Shown here piece after piece: positions 40,421 to 50,867 of a stretch of DNA of 64,000 bases; within the stretch, counting starts at the first letter, position 1, and every line of letters starts with the position of its first letter. Origin of the DNA: Agathobacter sp. (lineage in GTDB: Bacteria > Bacillota > Clostridia > Lachnospirales > Lachnospiraceae); NCBI GenBank assembly GCA_045633955.1, contig JAZQZJ010000085.1, positions 471-64,470 on the forward strand. The letters are read 5' to 3'. The notes under the pieces are model-generated. The model did not search any database and had not been told where the DNA came from. It saw only the letters and a program-made list of their open reading frames with translations. Position numbers and translations under genes: made by a program.

Positions 40421-42724
40421 ATGAGTATATACGATACATTAAATGACGAACAGAAAAAAGGTGTTTTTACGACAGAGGGACCAGTATTGATACTTGCAGG
40501 GGCAGGTTCAGGAAAGACCCGTGTGTTGACACATAGAATTGCATACTTAATCGAAGAAAAAGAAGTAAATCCATATCACATTATGGCCATTACATTTACG
40601 AATAAAGCGGCTGGAGAGATGCGTGAACGTGTCGACAATATGGTAGGATATGGTTCTGAAAGTGTATGGGTAGCGACTTTCCATTCTACTTGCGTGCGAA
40701 TTCTTCGCAGATACATTGATCGTTTGGGATATGATACTAATTTTACGATTTACGATGCCGATGATCAGAAGACTTTGATGAAGGATATTTGTAAGCGATT
40801 ACAGATAGATACAAAGATTCACAAAGAAAAGACGTTTTTAGGCGTGATTTCTTCTGCAAAAGATGAGTTAATCGATCCAATTGAATTTGCTAATCGTGCT
40901 GCAGGTGATTATAACAAGCGCATTCAGGCTCAGGTGTATATGGAGTATCAGCGAGAACTGCGACAGAATAATGCCTTAGATTTTGATGATTTAATTTATA
41001 AAACAGTAGAATTGTTCAAGTTAGATAAAGAAGTGCTCAGTGCATATCAGGAACGTTTCCGTTATATCATGGTAGACGAGTATCAGGATACCAATACAGC
41101 ACAGTTTGAACTGATTCGTTTATTGGCATCCAAGTATAAGAATTTATGTGTTGTAGGTGATGATGACCAGTCAATGTATAAGTTCCGTGGGGCAAATATT
41201 TATAATATTTTAAATTTTGAGAAGCATTTTCCAGATGCAACCGTGATTAAATTAGAACAGAATTATCGTTCTACACAGAATATTTTGGATGCTGCCAATG
41301 GTGTGATTGCGAATAATATTGGCCGTAAGGACAAGGCACTTTGGACAGATAATGGTAAAGGCGAAAAAATTTGTTTTGAACAGTTAGAAAGTGATTATGA
41401 AGAGGCAGACTATGTAGTAAGGAATATTGCTTCCAAGGTACGAAAAGGAGAGTATACTTATAAAGATTGCGCGATTTTATATCGTACGAATGCACAGTCT
41501 CGTCTTTTTGAAGAGAGATTTGTAACTGCGAATATCCCATATAAGATTGTGGGTGGCGTAAACTTCTATTCGCGAAAAGAAATCAAAGATTTATTAGCGT
41601 ATTTAAAGACCATTGACAATGGACGTGATGATTTAGCAGTAAAGCGTATTATCAATGTACCAAAGCGTGGCATTGGCGCGACTTCTATTAACAAGGTGAC
41701 AGCTTTTGCGTTGGATAATGAGATGAGTTTTTACGGAGCACTTCGTATTGCTAGTGATATTCCAGGATTGGGGAAAGCTACAGAGAAAATCAGACCATTT
41801 GTGTTATTTATTCAATCTATGCGTAGTAAATTGGATAATGGATATTCTTTATTGCAAGTGATGGAAGAGATTATCGAAACCACTGGTTATGTAAAGGAAT
41901 TGGAAGCAGAAGATACAGAAGAAGCGCAGGCTCGTATTGAGAATATTGATGAATTTATCAGCAAGATTGCAGATTATGAGGAAGGTGCTGAGCATCCTAC
42001 CTTGAGTGGTTTCTTAGAAGAAGTGGCTTTGGTAGCAGATATTGATAGTTTAGACGAAAACAATGACTACGTTGTGCTTATGACTTTGCATAGCGCGAAA
42101 GGTCTTGAATTTCCAAATGTTTATTTGGCAGGTATGGAGGATGGTTTATTTCCAAGTTACATGTCCATCACCAGTGATGATGCTACAAATGAATTGGAAG
42201 AAGAACGTCGATTGGCATATGTAGGAATTACACGAGCAAAAGAGCATCTTACCATTACAGCAGCACGAGCAAGAAGGGTTCGTGGAGAAATGCAGTTTAA
42301 TAGAGTCTCTCGTTTTGTGAAAGAGATTCCAAAACATTTGATTGGCGGAACTATTTATGAGCCAAAGTCTGCAGATACACCAGTTGTGGATGATGCATAT
42401 CAAAGAGCGAAAAAGGCATTTCGTACCTCGGCAACTTCATATAACAGTTATGATCAACGTTATCAGGGAAGTTCTTTTGGGGCTTCAAAATCAAAAGAAC
42501 CTATGTATACACCTGTTAGTAACCAGCGTTCATTTACATCTGTAAATACACAGGGCGCAGATTTGAACTATGCTGTGGGTGACAGGGTGCGTCATATTAA
42601 GTTTGGTGATGGTGAGGTCATGGCCATTGTTGCAGGTGGTAGAGATTATGAAGTTACGGTAGACTTTGATAAAGCAGGAACAAAGAAGATGTTTGCCTCC
42701 TTTGCAAAACTTAAAAAAATATAA
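40421..42724 (+). CDS. pcrA: ATP-dependent DNA helicase PcrA/UvrD
   Basis: LAGAGSGKT, VDEYQDTN, VGDDDQS, LEQNYRST, TLHSAKGLEF, EEERRLAYVGITRA, C-terminal VRHIKFGDG domain. Confidence 0.96.
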   Translation: MSIYDTLNDEQKKGVFTTEGPVLILAGAGSGKTRVLTHRIAYLIEEKEVNPYHIMAITFTNKAAGEMRERVDNMVGYGSESVWVATFHSTCVRILRRYIDRLGYDTNFTIYDADDQKTLMKDICKRLQIDTKIHKEKTFLGVISSAKDELIDPIEFANRAAGDYNKRIQAQVYMEYQRELRQNNALDFDDLIYKTVELFKLDKEVLSAYQERFRYIMVDEYQDTNTAQFELIRLLASKYKNLCVVGDDDQSMYKFRGANIYNILNFEKHFPDATVIKLEQNYRSTQNILDAANGVIANNIGRKDKALWTDNGKGEKICFEQLESDYEEADYVVRNIASKVRKGEYTYKDCAILYRTNAQSRLFEERFVTANIPYKIVGGVNFYSRKEIKDLLAYLKTIDNGRDDLAVKRIINVPKRGIGATSINKVTAFALDNEMSFYGALRIASDIPGLGKATEKIRPFVLFIQSMRSKLDNGYSLLQVMEEIIETTGYVKELEAEDTEEAQARIENIDEFISKIADYEEGAEHPTLSGFLEEVALVADIDSLDENNDYVVLMTLHSAKGLEFPNVYLAGMEDGLFPSYMSITSDDATNELEEERRLAYVGITRAKEHLTITAARARRVRGEMQFNRVSRFVKEIPKHLIGGTIYEPKSADTPVVDDAYQRAKKAFRTSATSYNSYDQRYQGSSFGASKSKEPMYTPVSNQRSFTSVNTQGADLNYAVGDRVRHIKFGDGEVMAIVAGGRDYEVTVDFDKAGTKKMFASFAKLKKI

Positions 42725-42804
42725 AAATGTATTTTTTTATAGGAAATTGGGAAATCCTATGATATAATAATGCTATTAATAAATGTGTATAAGGAGTGAT
42801 ATGT

Positions 42805-43086
42805 ATGAATAACTTAAAAGATATCATTGATGACTTCAAAATTAGAAAAATTGTAAAAGAAGAAAAGAAATGTAATCCAATCGTGATTGCTTTGGTTGTT
42901 ATCGGGGTAATTGTTGTGATTGCAGCAGCTGCATATGCAATTTATCGCTTCTTTACACCAGATTATTTAGAAGATTTCGAAGATGATGAATTCGAAGATG
43001 AATTTGATGACGATTTCTTTGAAGATGATGATATTATTATTATCGATGGCGAAGAAAATGCAGAAGGCGGAATCTTCGCTGAATAG
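42805..43086 (+). CDS. Small single-TM protein with acidic tail (DUF4366-like)
   Basis: AAGGAG RBS; TM helix then FTPDYLEDFEDDEF. Confidence 0.7.
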   Translation: MNNLKDIIDDFKIRKIVKEEKKCNPIVIALVVIGVIVVIAAAAYAIYRFFTPDYLEDFEDDEFEDEFDDDFFEDDDIIIIDGEENAEGGIFAE

Positions 43087-43188
43087 GAGCGTAAGCTACG
43101 AGAAGAGTGTAAATTAACCAAGTGCGCCATGGAAATTTATTTCTAAGGGTGTACTTGGTTATTTTAAAATAGAAAGGTAGAATGTTAG

Positions 43189-44622
43189 ATGAAAAAAGGA
43201 CAAGTTGCAGAGGGTCGTATTGATCACGTAGTATTTCCAAATAAAGGTGTTGCAATTACGGAAGAAGGTGACCGTGTGGTGGTAAAGAATACCATCCCAG
43301 GACAGAAGGTTTCCTTTTTAGTAAATAAACTTAGAAAAGGCAAAGCAGAAGGTAGACTTTTGGAAACAATCGAAAAGTCACCACTTGAGGTTGAACCATC
43401 TTGTCCACATTTTGGTGAATGTGGTGGATGTACATATTTGAGTCTTCCGTACGAAGAACAGTTAAAACTGAAGGAATCGCAGGTTCATGGTATGATGGAA
43501 GAGGCGATTCAGGATAAATGTGAATATGAATGGCTTGGTATCAAAGGTAGTCCAAAACAAGCAGAATATCGTAATAAAATGGAGTTTTCTTTTGGTGATG
43601 CATACAAAGGTGGTCCATTGGCTTTGGGACAGCATAAACGTGGCAGCTTTTATGATATTTTGACAGTTACGGAATGTCAGATTGTAGATGAAGATTTTCG
43701 TGCTATTTTAAAAGCAACTGTAGAGTTCTTGGGAGAAAAAGGTTTGACATTCTTCCATCGATTAACCCATGTGGGATATTTACGTCATTTATTGGTGCGT
43801 AAAGCAGTAAAGACACAGGAAATTTTAGTGGATTTAGTAACAACAACACAGTATGATGTTTTGATGGCAGAAGGTGCCTTTGCTGTGACAGGTGTAAGCG
43901 AAGAAGAATTACTTTCACAGTGGAAAGATATGCTTTGTGCTTTACCATTAAAAGGAGAATTAAAAGGTGTCCTTCGTACCAAGAATGACAGTTTGGCAGA
44001 TGTAGTTCGTAACGATGGAACCGAAATTTTATTTGGTCAGGATTATTTCTATGAAGAATTATTGGGACTCAAATTTAAGATTTCTCCATTTTCATTCTTC
44101 CAGACGAATTCTCTTGGGGCAGAAGTACTTTATGAAACTGCGAGAGAATTCATTCTTTCAGACGATGCAGATTTACTTCGTGAAAAGACGGTATATGACT
44201 TATACAGTGGTACAGGTACGATTGCACAGATGTTAGCACCAGTTGCAAAAGAAGTGGTAGGTGTAGAGATCATTGAAGAAGCCGTGGAAGCTGCAAAAGA
44301 AAATGCAGCACTCAATGGACTTACTAATTGCAAGTTCCTTGCAGGGGATGTATTAAAAGTATTGGATGACATTGAAGAAAAACCAGATTATATCGTTCTA
44401 GATCCTCCACGTGATGGTATTCATCCAAAGGCGATTGAAAAGATTATTAATTATGGGGTAGACAATATGATTTATATTTCCTGTAAACCAACCAGCCTTG
44501 CGAGAGATTTAGAGATTTTCCTTGCAAGAGGCTATGATGTAAAGAAGATTTGTTGTGTGGATATGTTTCCAAATACGGTGCATGTGGAAACAATCGTCCT
44601 TTTAAGTCGTAGAGAGCATTAG
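43189..44622 (+). CDS. rlmD: 23S rRNA m5U1939 methyltransferase
   Basis: CPHFGECGGC Fe-S motif, SFFQTN, DLYSGTG, LDPPR, YISC, DMFPNTVHVET. Confidence 0.95.
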   Translation: MKKGQVAEGRIDHVVFPNKGVAITEEGDRVVVKNTIPGQKVSFLVNKLRKGKAEGRLLETIEKSPLEVEPSCPHFGECGGCTYLSLPYEEQLKLKESQVHGMMEEAIQDKCEYEWLGIKGSPKQAEYRNKMEFSFGDAYKGGPLALGQHKRGSFYDILTVTECQIVDEDFRAILKATVEFLGEKGLTFFHRLTHVGYLRHLLVRKAVKTQEILVDLVTTTQYDVLMAEGAFAVTGVSEEELLSQWKDMLCALPLKGELKGVLRTKNDSLADVVRNDGTEILFGQDYFYEELLGLKFKISPFSFFQTNSLGAEVLYETAREFILSDDADLLREKTVYDLYSGTGTIAQMLAPVAKEVVGVEIIEEAVEAAKENAALNGLTNCKFLAGDVLKVLDDIEEKPDYIVLDPPRDGIHPKAIEKIINYGVDNMIYISCKPTSLARDLEIFLARGYDVKKICCVDMFPNTVHVETIVLLSRREH

Positions 44623-44639
44623 CTATGAATGAGAATACG

Positions 44640-44672
44640 AAAAAGTGGATTGTTATATCCACTTTTTGTTTT
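44640..44672 (+). terminator. Terminator after rlmD
   Basis: AAAAAGTGGAT...ATCCACTTTTTGTTTT. Confidence 0.7.
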
Positions 44673-44724
44673 ATGGTAGAAGGATAATTATAAATGTTAC
44701 CTAAAAAAGGAGGTTGCATTAAAA

Positions 44725-46074
44725 ATGGAAACTTATAATGCTATAAATATTAGAAATGTATTTTATGTGGATAAAAAGAAGGAGCCAGATGCATCATTTT
44801 GGCTTTTGTATCAGACAGATAAAAAATCTAAATATTGGATACGTTTTTTTTCGAAAGAGGAAAGTATAGTAATTCAAGGTGTTCTTCCTGAGTCTGTGTG
44901 TTATATCCTATACAAGGAAGGTAAGTATTATAAGAAGGAAAGTTTGGCTGGCCAGATAGAAAGTTTGGCTAATGAGAGATTAAGAAAGGAATTCAATGTT
45001 GAACAGCTAATATTAAAGGAGGATTTTGGAATTAATGTACCTGAAGAAGTATCAAAGAAGTATTATGCACGTTATCTTAGAAAGGAAGAGATTTATGAAA
45101 TTATAGTAAACGAGTTCAATGGTTTTTGCGTGCTTCATCCAGATACATATATGAGTAAATGTGTAGAGGTTTGTTATCGTCCAAATACGAAAAAGCTATA
45201 TAAGGCATTTCTTGATACGATTTATTGTCAAATTGATTTAGAAGAGGTTGAGTTTGATTTTAAACAATATTTTCTGCAGGCGTTAGAGGATGAGCAAAAA
45301 TTTTTATTAGAGGAAGAATGTTGGAAGTTATTTGACTTTCTAGAGGAATCCACGAAAATGTATTATATTAGTGGAAATACGCAGGCGTTTAATATCGCAA
45401 AAGGAGAGCTAGAAATTAAAGATGTGTATTTTGTGAAAAAAGGAAGAGGAATTGAACAAGCTGTATATTACGATGATAAAAAAGTAAATCTAAAAGAGAA
45501 ATTAGAGTCAATATATACAACAAGAGAAGACAAGACAACACTTGGCAAGAAAACACAAGGCATAATAAAAGAGATGGTAATGCAAGGTGAAATAAGTTTA
45601 GAAAAAATACACGAGATGGAAATGCAAGTTGAGACAAGATTAGAAAAAATAGAAAAGCTGACAATACAAACTAAGGAAAACCTAAAAAAAATAGAAAAGC
45701 TGGCAAATCAAGCTAAGATAAAATTAGAGGAAATACAAGAGATGACAAATCAAGCTGAGATAAGCTTAAGAGAAATAGAAAAGATAGCAGTACTATCTAA
45801 GATAAAGTTACGAGATGAGATGAGGAGAGAGATTGTACAAGCAATTATACAGGAGATGAAAGTACAAGGCGGCGAAATTGAAGAGATAAAGGAACAAATA
45901 ATAGCCATGATAAGAAAAGAATGGCAAATGGGATGGGGAGCCAATAATATGGTACAAGCAATAATAGAACAGAAAATAAGACAATTATTATATAAGTGGT
46001 GGATAGAAGGTGTGCTTAATTCAACGATATATAAAGGTCAAATGGTGGGAGTAATAGAGCTAAGGGAAAGTTAG
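44725..46074 (+). CDS. Orphan hypothetical protein with 14-aa coiled-coil repeats
   Basis: 449-codon ORF with AAGGAGG RBS; A-rich with many ATA/AGA codons; no recognisable family. Confidence 0.7.
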   Translation: METYNAINIRNVFYVDKKKEPDASFWLLYQTDKKSKYWIRFFSKEESIVIQGVLPESVCYILYKEGKYYKKESLAGQIESLANERLRKEFNVEQLILKEDFGINVPEEVSKKYYARYLRKEEIYEIIVNEFNGFCVLHPDTYMSKCVEVCYRPNTKKLYKAFLDTIYCQIDLEEVEFDFKQYFLQALEDEQKFLLEEECWKLFDFLEESTKMYYISGNTQAFNIAKGELEIKDVYFVKKGRGIEQAVYYDDKKVNLKEKLESIYTTREDKTTLGKKTQGIIKEMVMQGEISLEKIHEMEMQVETRLEKIEKLTIQTKENLKKIEKLANQAKIKLEEIQEMTNQAEISLREIEKIAVLSKIKLRDEMRREIVQAIIQEMKVQGGEIEEIKEQIIAMIRKEWQMGWGANNMVQAIIEQKIRQLLYKWWIEGVLNSTIYKGQMVGVIELRES

Positions 46075-46308
46075 TCACCCAAAACAAATGACGTATCCAA
46101 TTCTCTATATTGGGAATTGTGTTCAGGAGTTTATAGTTTTCCTTTATATAAGTAAACATGTACATTCTTGGCTGCATTTAGACTAAAATATTGTATATTT
46201 GCCCATTGAAAAATAAAATATAAAGGGATATGATAAAACTCGTGTAAATTTTATGGTTTATGCGAGTTTTTTATTTGCAAATATACATACGAGGAGTTTT
46301 GATAAACA

Positions 46309-47958
46309 ATGGAAAAATTGAAACCAAAGTTGTTTTCGGTAATGAAAACATATACAAAAGAACAGTTGGTAAATGATATTATCGCTGGTGTTATAGTCGC
46401 AATTATTGCGTTGCCTTTATCCATTGCCCTTGCACTTGCATCAGGGGTAACACCTGAAAAAGGTATTTATACAGCAATTATTGCGGGATTTTTGATTTCC
46501 TTCTTTGGAGGAAGTAGAGTACAGATTTCTGGACCTACAGCAGCTTTTGCAACGATTGTAGCAGGCATTGTAGCAGAGAATGGTGTAGAAGGATTGGTAC
46601 TCGCTACTATTTTAGCGGGATTCATTTTAATATTAATGGGATTTTTAAAGATGGGAAGTCTGATTAAGTTCATCCCATATACCATTACTACAGGCTTTAC
46701 TTCAGGTATTGCGATTACAATTGTAATCGGACAAATCAAGTCTTATTTAGGTTTGACAACAGATCCAAGTGTAAATGCTATCGAAACCGTAGAAAAAATA
46801 GAAGAAATCATGCATCATATTGGAACCATAAACTGGTCGGCTGTTATGGTTGGCTTGGTATCATCTATTATTTTATGGATTTGTCCAAAATTACCAGGAT
46901 TTTTGAAGAAGATTCCAGGTTCACTTGTAGCTGTAATTGTGGGTATCATCATGGTAAATGGATTCGATATGAATGTAAAAACCATTGGAGAATTGTATAC
47001 GATTACTTCAGAATTACCAAAGTTCCAATTACCAGTGTTTACTTTTGAAATGGTAGAAAATGTTCTTCCAGATGCATTTACGATTGCAATTCTGGCAGCG
47101 ATTGAATCCTTGCTTTCCTGTGTAGTGGCAGACAGTATGGTAAATAGTAAGCATCGTTCCAATATGGAATTAGTAGCGCAGGGGATTGGTAACGTAGGTT
47201 CAGCCCTTTTTGGTGGTATTCCAGCGACTGGTGCCATTGCAAGAACTGCGGCAAATGTAAAGAATGGTGGTAGAACGCCGATTGCAGGTATGGTACATTC
47301 GGTTGTATTATTGTTAATTTTAGTGTTATTTATGCCATTTGCAGGTATGATTCCAATGCCAACAATTGCAGCAATTTTATTTATGGTTGCTTATAACATG
47401 TCGGAATGGCGCGAATTTGTTCATTTAGTAAAAACTGCACCAAAGAGCGATATTACGGTATTAATACTGACATTTGTTCTTACAGTTATGTTTGATTTAG
47501 TTGTAGCCATTGGGGTAGGTATTGTTTTGGCGGCTATGTTATTTATGAGTCGTATGAGTGAGGTAACGGATGTAGAAGGCTGGAAGTATATTGATGATGA
47601 AAATGACCCAGACAGTATTACCCTACGAGAAGTACCTAAGAATACGGTGGTATATGAAATCAGCGGACCTTTATTCTTCGGTGCCGCAGATAAGATTTTA
47701 AATATTCGTTTGAAGGATAGATATAGTGCATTGATTCTGCGAATGAGAAGTGTAACTGCATTAGATGCAACGGCAATGCATTTCTTAGAACAGTTTTATG
47801 AAAAGTGTCAAAAGAAAAATATCACGCTTATTTTATCTCATGTGAATGAGCAGCCAATGTGTGTTATGAAAAAAGCAGGATTTGATGTGTTGATTGGTGA
47901 AGAAAACTTCTGTGCACACATCGATGATGCATTGAAACGTGCGGAAGAGTTTGCATAA
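46309..47958 (+). CDS. SulP/SLC26 anion transporter with STAS domain
   Basis: ALPLSIALA, QISGPT, ELVAQGIGN, ATGAIART, GPLFFG, DATA. Confidence 0.93.
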   Translation: MEKLKPKLFSVMKTYTKEQLVNDIIAGVIVAIIALPLSIALALASGVTPEKGIYTAIIAGFLISFFGGSRVQISGPTAAFATIVAGIVAENGVEGLVLATILAGFILILMGFLKMGSLIKFIPYTITTGFTSGIAITIVIGQIKSYLGLTTDPSVNAIETVEKIEEIMHHIGTINWSAVMVGLVSSIILWICPKLPGFLKKIPGSLVAVIVGIIMVNGFDMNVKTIGELYTITSELPKFQLPVFTFEMVENVLPDAFTIAILAAIESLLSCVVADSMVNSKHRSNMELVAQGIGNVGSALFGGIPATGAIARTAANVKNGGRTPIAGMVHSVVLLLILVLFMPFAGMIPMPTIAAILFMVAYNMSEWREFVHLVKTAPKSDITVLILTFVLTVMFDLVVAIGVGIVLAAMLFMSRMSEVTDVEGWKYIDDENDPDSITLREVPKNTVVYEISGPLFFGAADKILNIRLKDRYSALILRMRSVTALDATAMHFLEQFYEKCQKKNITLILSHVNEQPMCVMKKAGFDVLIGEENFCAHIDDALKRAEEFA

Positions 47959-48714
47959 CTATACTTGTGGCTCATCTTCAAATGGAATATCATCGATATA
48001 GCATTCAAGCATCCATGCTTTAGAAAAAGGAATGAGCAAATCATCGAGGCTATCTGTGTCGATACATTTATATAAGTCCATTAAACGAGTCGTATATTTG
48101 TAGTTCATGATAATGAACATAAGAAGCAGTAGAACGAGAATAATGTTGCTAATAATTTTATTATGGTCAAAAAGATAGGAAGCACCAATACATCCAACTA
48201 GGGTTGCGAAAATGGCAAGAGTTTCAAATAATAGAGTTTCTGCACTATTTAATTGACGTCGGAAAGAACGGAGAAGGCTACGCTCTCCGTTTTTTTTGTA
48301 TTTTACAATTGTATTGATGTTTTTCTTTAGTGCATGATAAAAAAGGGTATGGATAACTTCGCGATTACGTTGGGCTGGTTTAATATTGCAAAGCTGTGTA
48401 ATAACACGACAAGCAATCCAATAGACTTCTTTATAAATGCGATATCGGAGAATAACATGGCAAAAGATGGCTCCGATAAAATACATACCAAGAAAAGCTA
48501 TACCTTTAGCAGTATTGGATATTTCTAAACTAATTACATTAGGGATTACAAAGCCCAAAATAGTAAGATAGAAAGCAATAATCTGATCGCGTTTTGATTG
48601 TTGTAGGCCTAATTCTGCTACGGTCATATCATAACAGTTATCAAGGTCCATATAGCCATCGTGATCGTAATATTCTTTTTTGATAGATTTTGGGATTTTG
48701 TTTTTTGTATGCAT
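47959..48714 (-). CDS. Hypothetical ~4-TM membrane protein
   Basis: Two pairs of hydrophobic helices; 31 bp downstream of the IMPase gene, same strand. Confidence 0.7.
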   Translation of the reverse strand: MHTKNKIPKSIKKEYYDHDGYMDLDNCYDMTVAELGLQQSKRDQIIAFYLTILGFVIPNVISLEISNTAKGIAFLGMYFIGAIFCHVILRYRIYKEVYWIACRVITQLCNIKPAQRNREVIHTLFYHALKKNINTIVKYKKNGERSLLRSFRRQLNSAETLLFETLAIFATLVGCIGASYLFDHNKIISNIILVLLLLMFIIMNYKYTTRLMDLYKCIDTDSLDDLLIPFSKAWMLECYIDDIPFEDEPQV

Positions 48715-48745
48715 ATGAAATTCCTTTTTTCTGTAGTATTTATAA

Positions 48746-49522
48746 TTAGTATGGTTGTACGGGTAATTCGTTATATACGATTTCTTTTAGTTTTTCAAAA
48801 TTTTCTTTTGAGTTTGCTGCAATGACACCAAATGGTCCTGGGATTGGGAGTTTGTCGTGGAATAGAAATTCAATATATCCTCCCGCTTCCTTGATAATGG
48901 CTGCCGCAGCGGCAACATCCCAGGAAAATACTCTAATTTCAAAGTAGAGTTCTACTTTTCCAGCAGCTAAATATGCGAGTTCTAGAGCTGCTGAACCGAG
49001 TCTTCTAAGGTCATCCGTTTCCATGTATATCTTTTCAATAATATTAAAACAAGCCTTAGCATATTTTTTATCATATAGGCTCATGGCAGAGCAAAGATGT
49101 GAGTGTGCATAGTCACGATCAGATACAAGAATCCGTTTGCCGTTTAAAAATGCGCCCTTGCCACTTTCTGCATAATAGATTTCGTCTCTATAAGGAAAAT
49201 AAATAACACCAATATATGGTTCATTTTTTTTCAAAAGTCCCACAGAAATAACACTAAGTCCTAAATCACGAATAAAATTAGATGTTCCATCAATTGGATC
49301 AATCACCCAAGTATAATCACTAGAAGAAAACGTATCATTTTCTTCGCCTACAACAGCACTACCGGGTAAGAGCATAAGTAATTTTTCTGATAAAAAGTTC
49401 TGCACATTTATATCCGCATCTGTTACGCAATTGGATGCAGTTCCCTTTTCTTCAACATTGGTATATCTATTTTTCATAAGAATGCTAGCTTCTTTAACAA
49501 TAGTAAGAATTTGATTTATCAT
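48746..49522 (-). CDS. Inositol monophosphatase family protein
   Basis: VTDAD, GEE, WVIDPIDGTSNF, RRLGSAAL, WDVAAA. Confidence 0.92.
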   Translation of the reverse strand: MINQILTIVKEASILMKNRYTNVEEKGTASNCVTDADINVQNFLSEKLLMLLPGSAVVGEENDTFSSSDYTWVIDPIDGTSNFIRDLGLSVISVGLLKKNEPYIGVIYFPYRDEIYYAESGKGAFLNGKRILVSDRDYAHSHLCSAMSLYDKKYAKACFNIIEKIYMETDDLRRLGSAALELAYLAAGKVELYFEIRVFSWDVAAAAAIIKEAGGYIEFLFHDKLPIPGPFGVIAANSKENFEKLKEIVYNELPVQPY

Positions 49523-49670
49523 ATCTATTTCCTCACAGTATCTACAAATATTTGTTTTATTGTATCATGCATAACATAAAAATGAAATAAAATAAATTAT
49601 CATAGATTAGAATGTTACTTTTTATATTTTTGTGATAAAATAACCACAAATAGCATAAAGGGAGATTATC

Positions 49671-50744
49671 ATGGAAAATCAAGAAAAAGTACATAAGAGA
49701 CGTGTGCGTTATTCCGGCACACATCCTAGAAGTTATAAAGAAAAGTATAAAGAACACAATCCAGAAAAGTATGCAGACACCATTGCAAAGGTGATTCAAA
49801 AGGGAAGTACGCCAGCAGGCATGCATATTTCCATTATGGTACAGGAAATCTTAGATTTTTTACAGATTAAACCAGGCATGACAGGATTAGATGCCACATT
49901 GGGCTATGGTGGACATACAAAAGCAATGTTAGAAAAACTAGAAGGTAATGGACATATTTATGCTCTTGATGTGGATCCAATCGAGTCTGCAAAGACCAAA
50001 GAGCGTTTAGAAAAGCAGGGATTTGGAGAAGAAATCTTGACGGTACGTTTGCAGAATTTTGCGGATATTGATCAGGTTACCAAAGATACAGGGAAAAAGT
50101 TTGATTTTATCTTGGCAGATCTTGGTGTTTCCTCCATGCAGATTGATAACCCAGATAGAGGATTTTCTTATAAAGTAGATGGTCCTTTAGATTTGCGAAT
50201 GAATCCGCAAAAGGGCGACAGTGCAGCAGACCGATTAAAAGAAGTAAATTATGAAGAATTAGTTGGAATGTTAGTGGAAAATGCAGATGAGCCTTATGCA
50301 GAAGAGATTGCCAGAACAGTGATGAATTGGAGAAAACGTGGAAATGCCATTGAAACAACCACACATTTTAAAGAGGTGATTGAAGAGGCTTTAAGTACTA
50401 TTCCAGAAAAAGTATTTCCAGAGAAGAATCGAAAGGAAGCTGTGAAAAAGTCATGCCAGCGTTCTTTTCAGGCACTTCGTATTGATGTAAATAGTGAGTT
50501 TGAGGTATTATATTCGTTTTTGGACAAACTTCCAGAAGTGCTTGCACCAAATGGAAGAGTTGCTATTTTAACCTTCCATTCAGGAGAGGACAGATTGGTG
50601 AAGCGTTCCTTTAAAGAATTAGAAAAAATGGGAATCTATAGCGAGGTTTCTAAGGATGTCATTCGACCATCTCAGGAAGAATGTGTGAGAAATGGACGTG
50701 CAAAGTGCACGAAGATGCGTTGGGCGATTCGTGCAGAAGATTAA
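49671..50744 (+). CDS. rsmH: RsmH/MraW-family methyltransferase (copy outside the dcw cluster)
   Basis: DATLGYGGH, DLGVSSMQ, GPLDLRM, FQALRIDVN, TFHSGEDRLVK; extra HKRRVRYSGTHP N-terminus. Confidence 0.8.
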   Translation: MENQEKVHKRRVRYSGTHPRSYKEKYKEHNPEKYADTIAKVIQKGSTPAGMHISIMVQEILDFLQIKPGMTGLDATLGYGGHTKAMLEKLEGNGHIYALDVDPIESAKTKERLEKQGFGEEILTVRLQNFADIDQVTKDTGKKFDFILADLGVSSMQIDNPDRGFSYKVDGPLDLRMNPQKGDSAADRLKEVNYEELVGMLVENADEPYAEEIARTVMNWRKRGNAIETTTHFKEVIEEALSTIPEKVFPEKNRKEAVKKSCQRSFQALRIDVNSEFEVLYSFLDKLPEVLAPNGRVAILTFHSGEDRLVKRSFKELEKMGIYSEVSKDVIRPSQEECVRNGRAKCTKMRWAIRAED

Positions 50745-50867
50745 AACGAGAAGAGGAGTTGTTGCTATTGCGACAATTCCTTTTTAAATTTGGAATTATT
50801 TACATAAAGACCTTTCTTTTTACGCATGATACGATTAGATGTAATTATTCGTAGAAGGAGAAAATAG

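Noticed and set aside
44560-46308. Intact ICE or prophage at rlmD
   Set aside because: No recombinase, conjugation or phage genes, and no duplicated rlmD 3' end found
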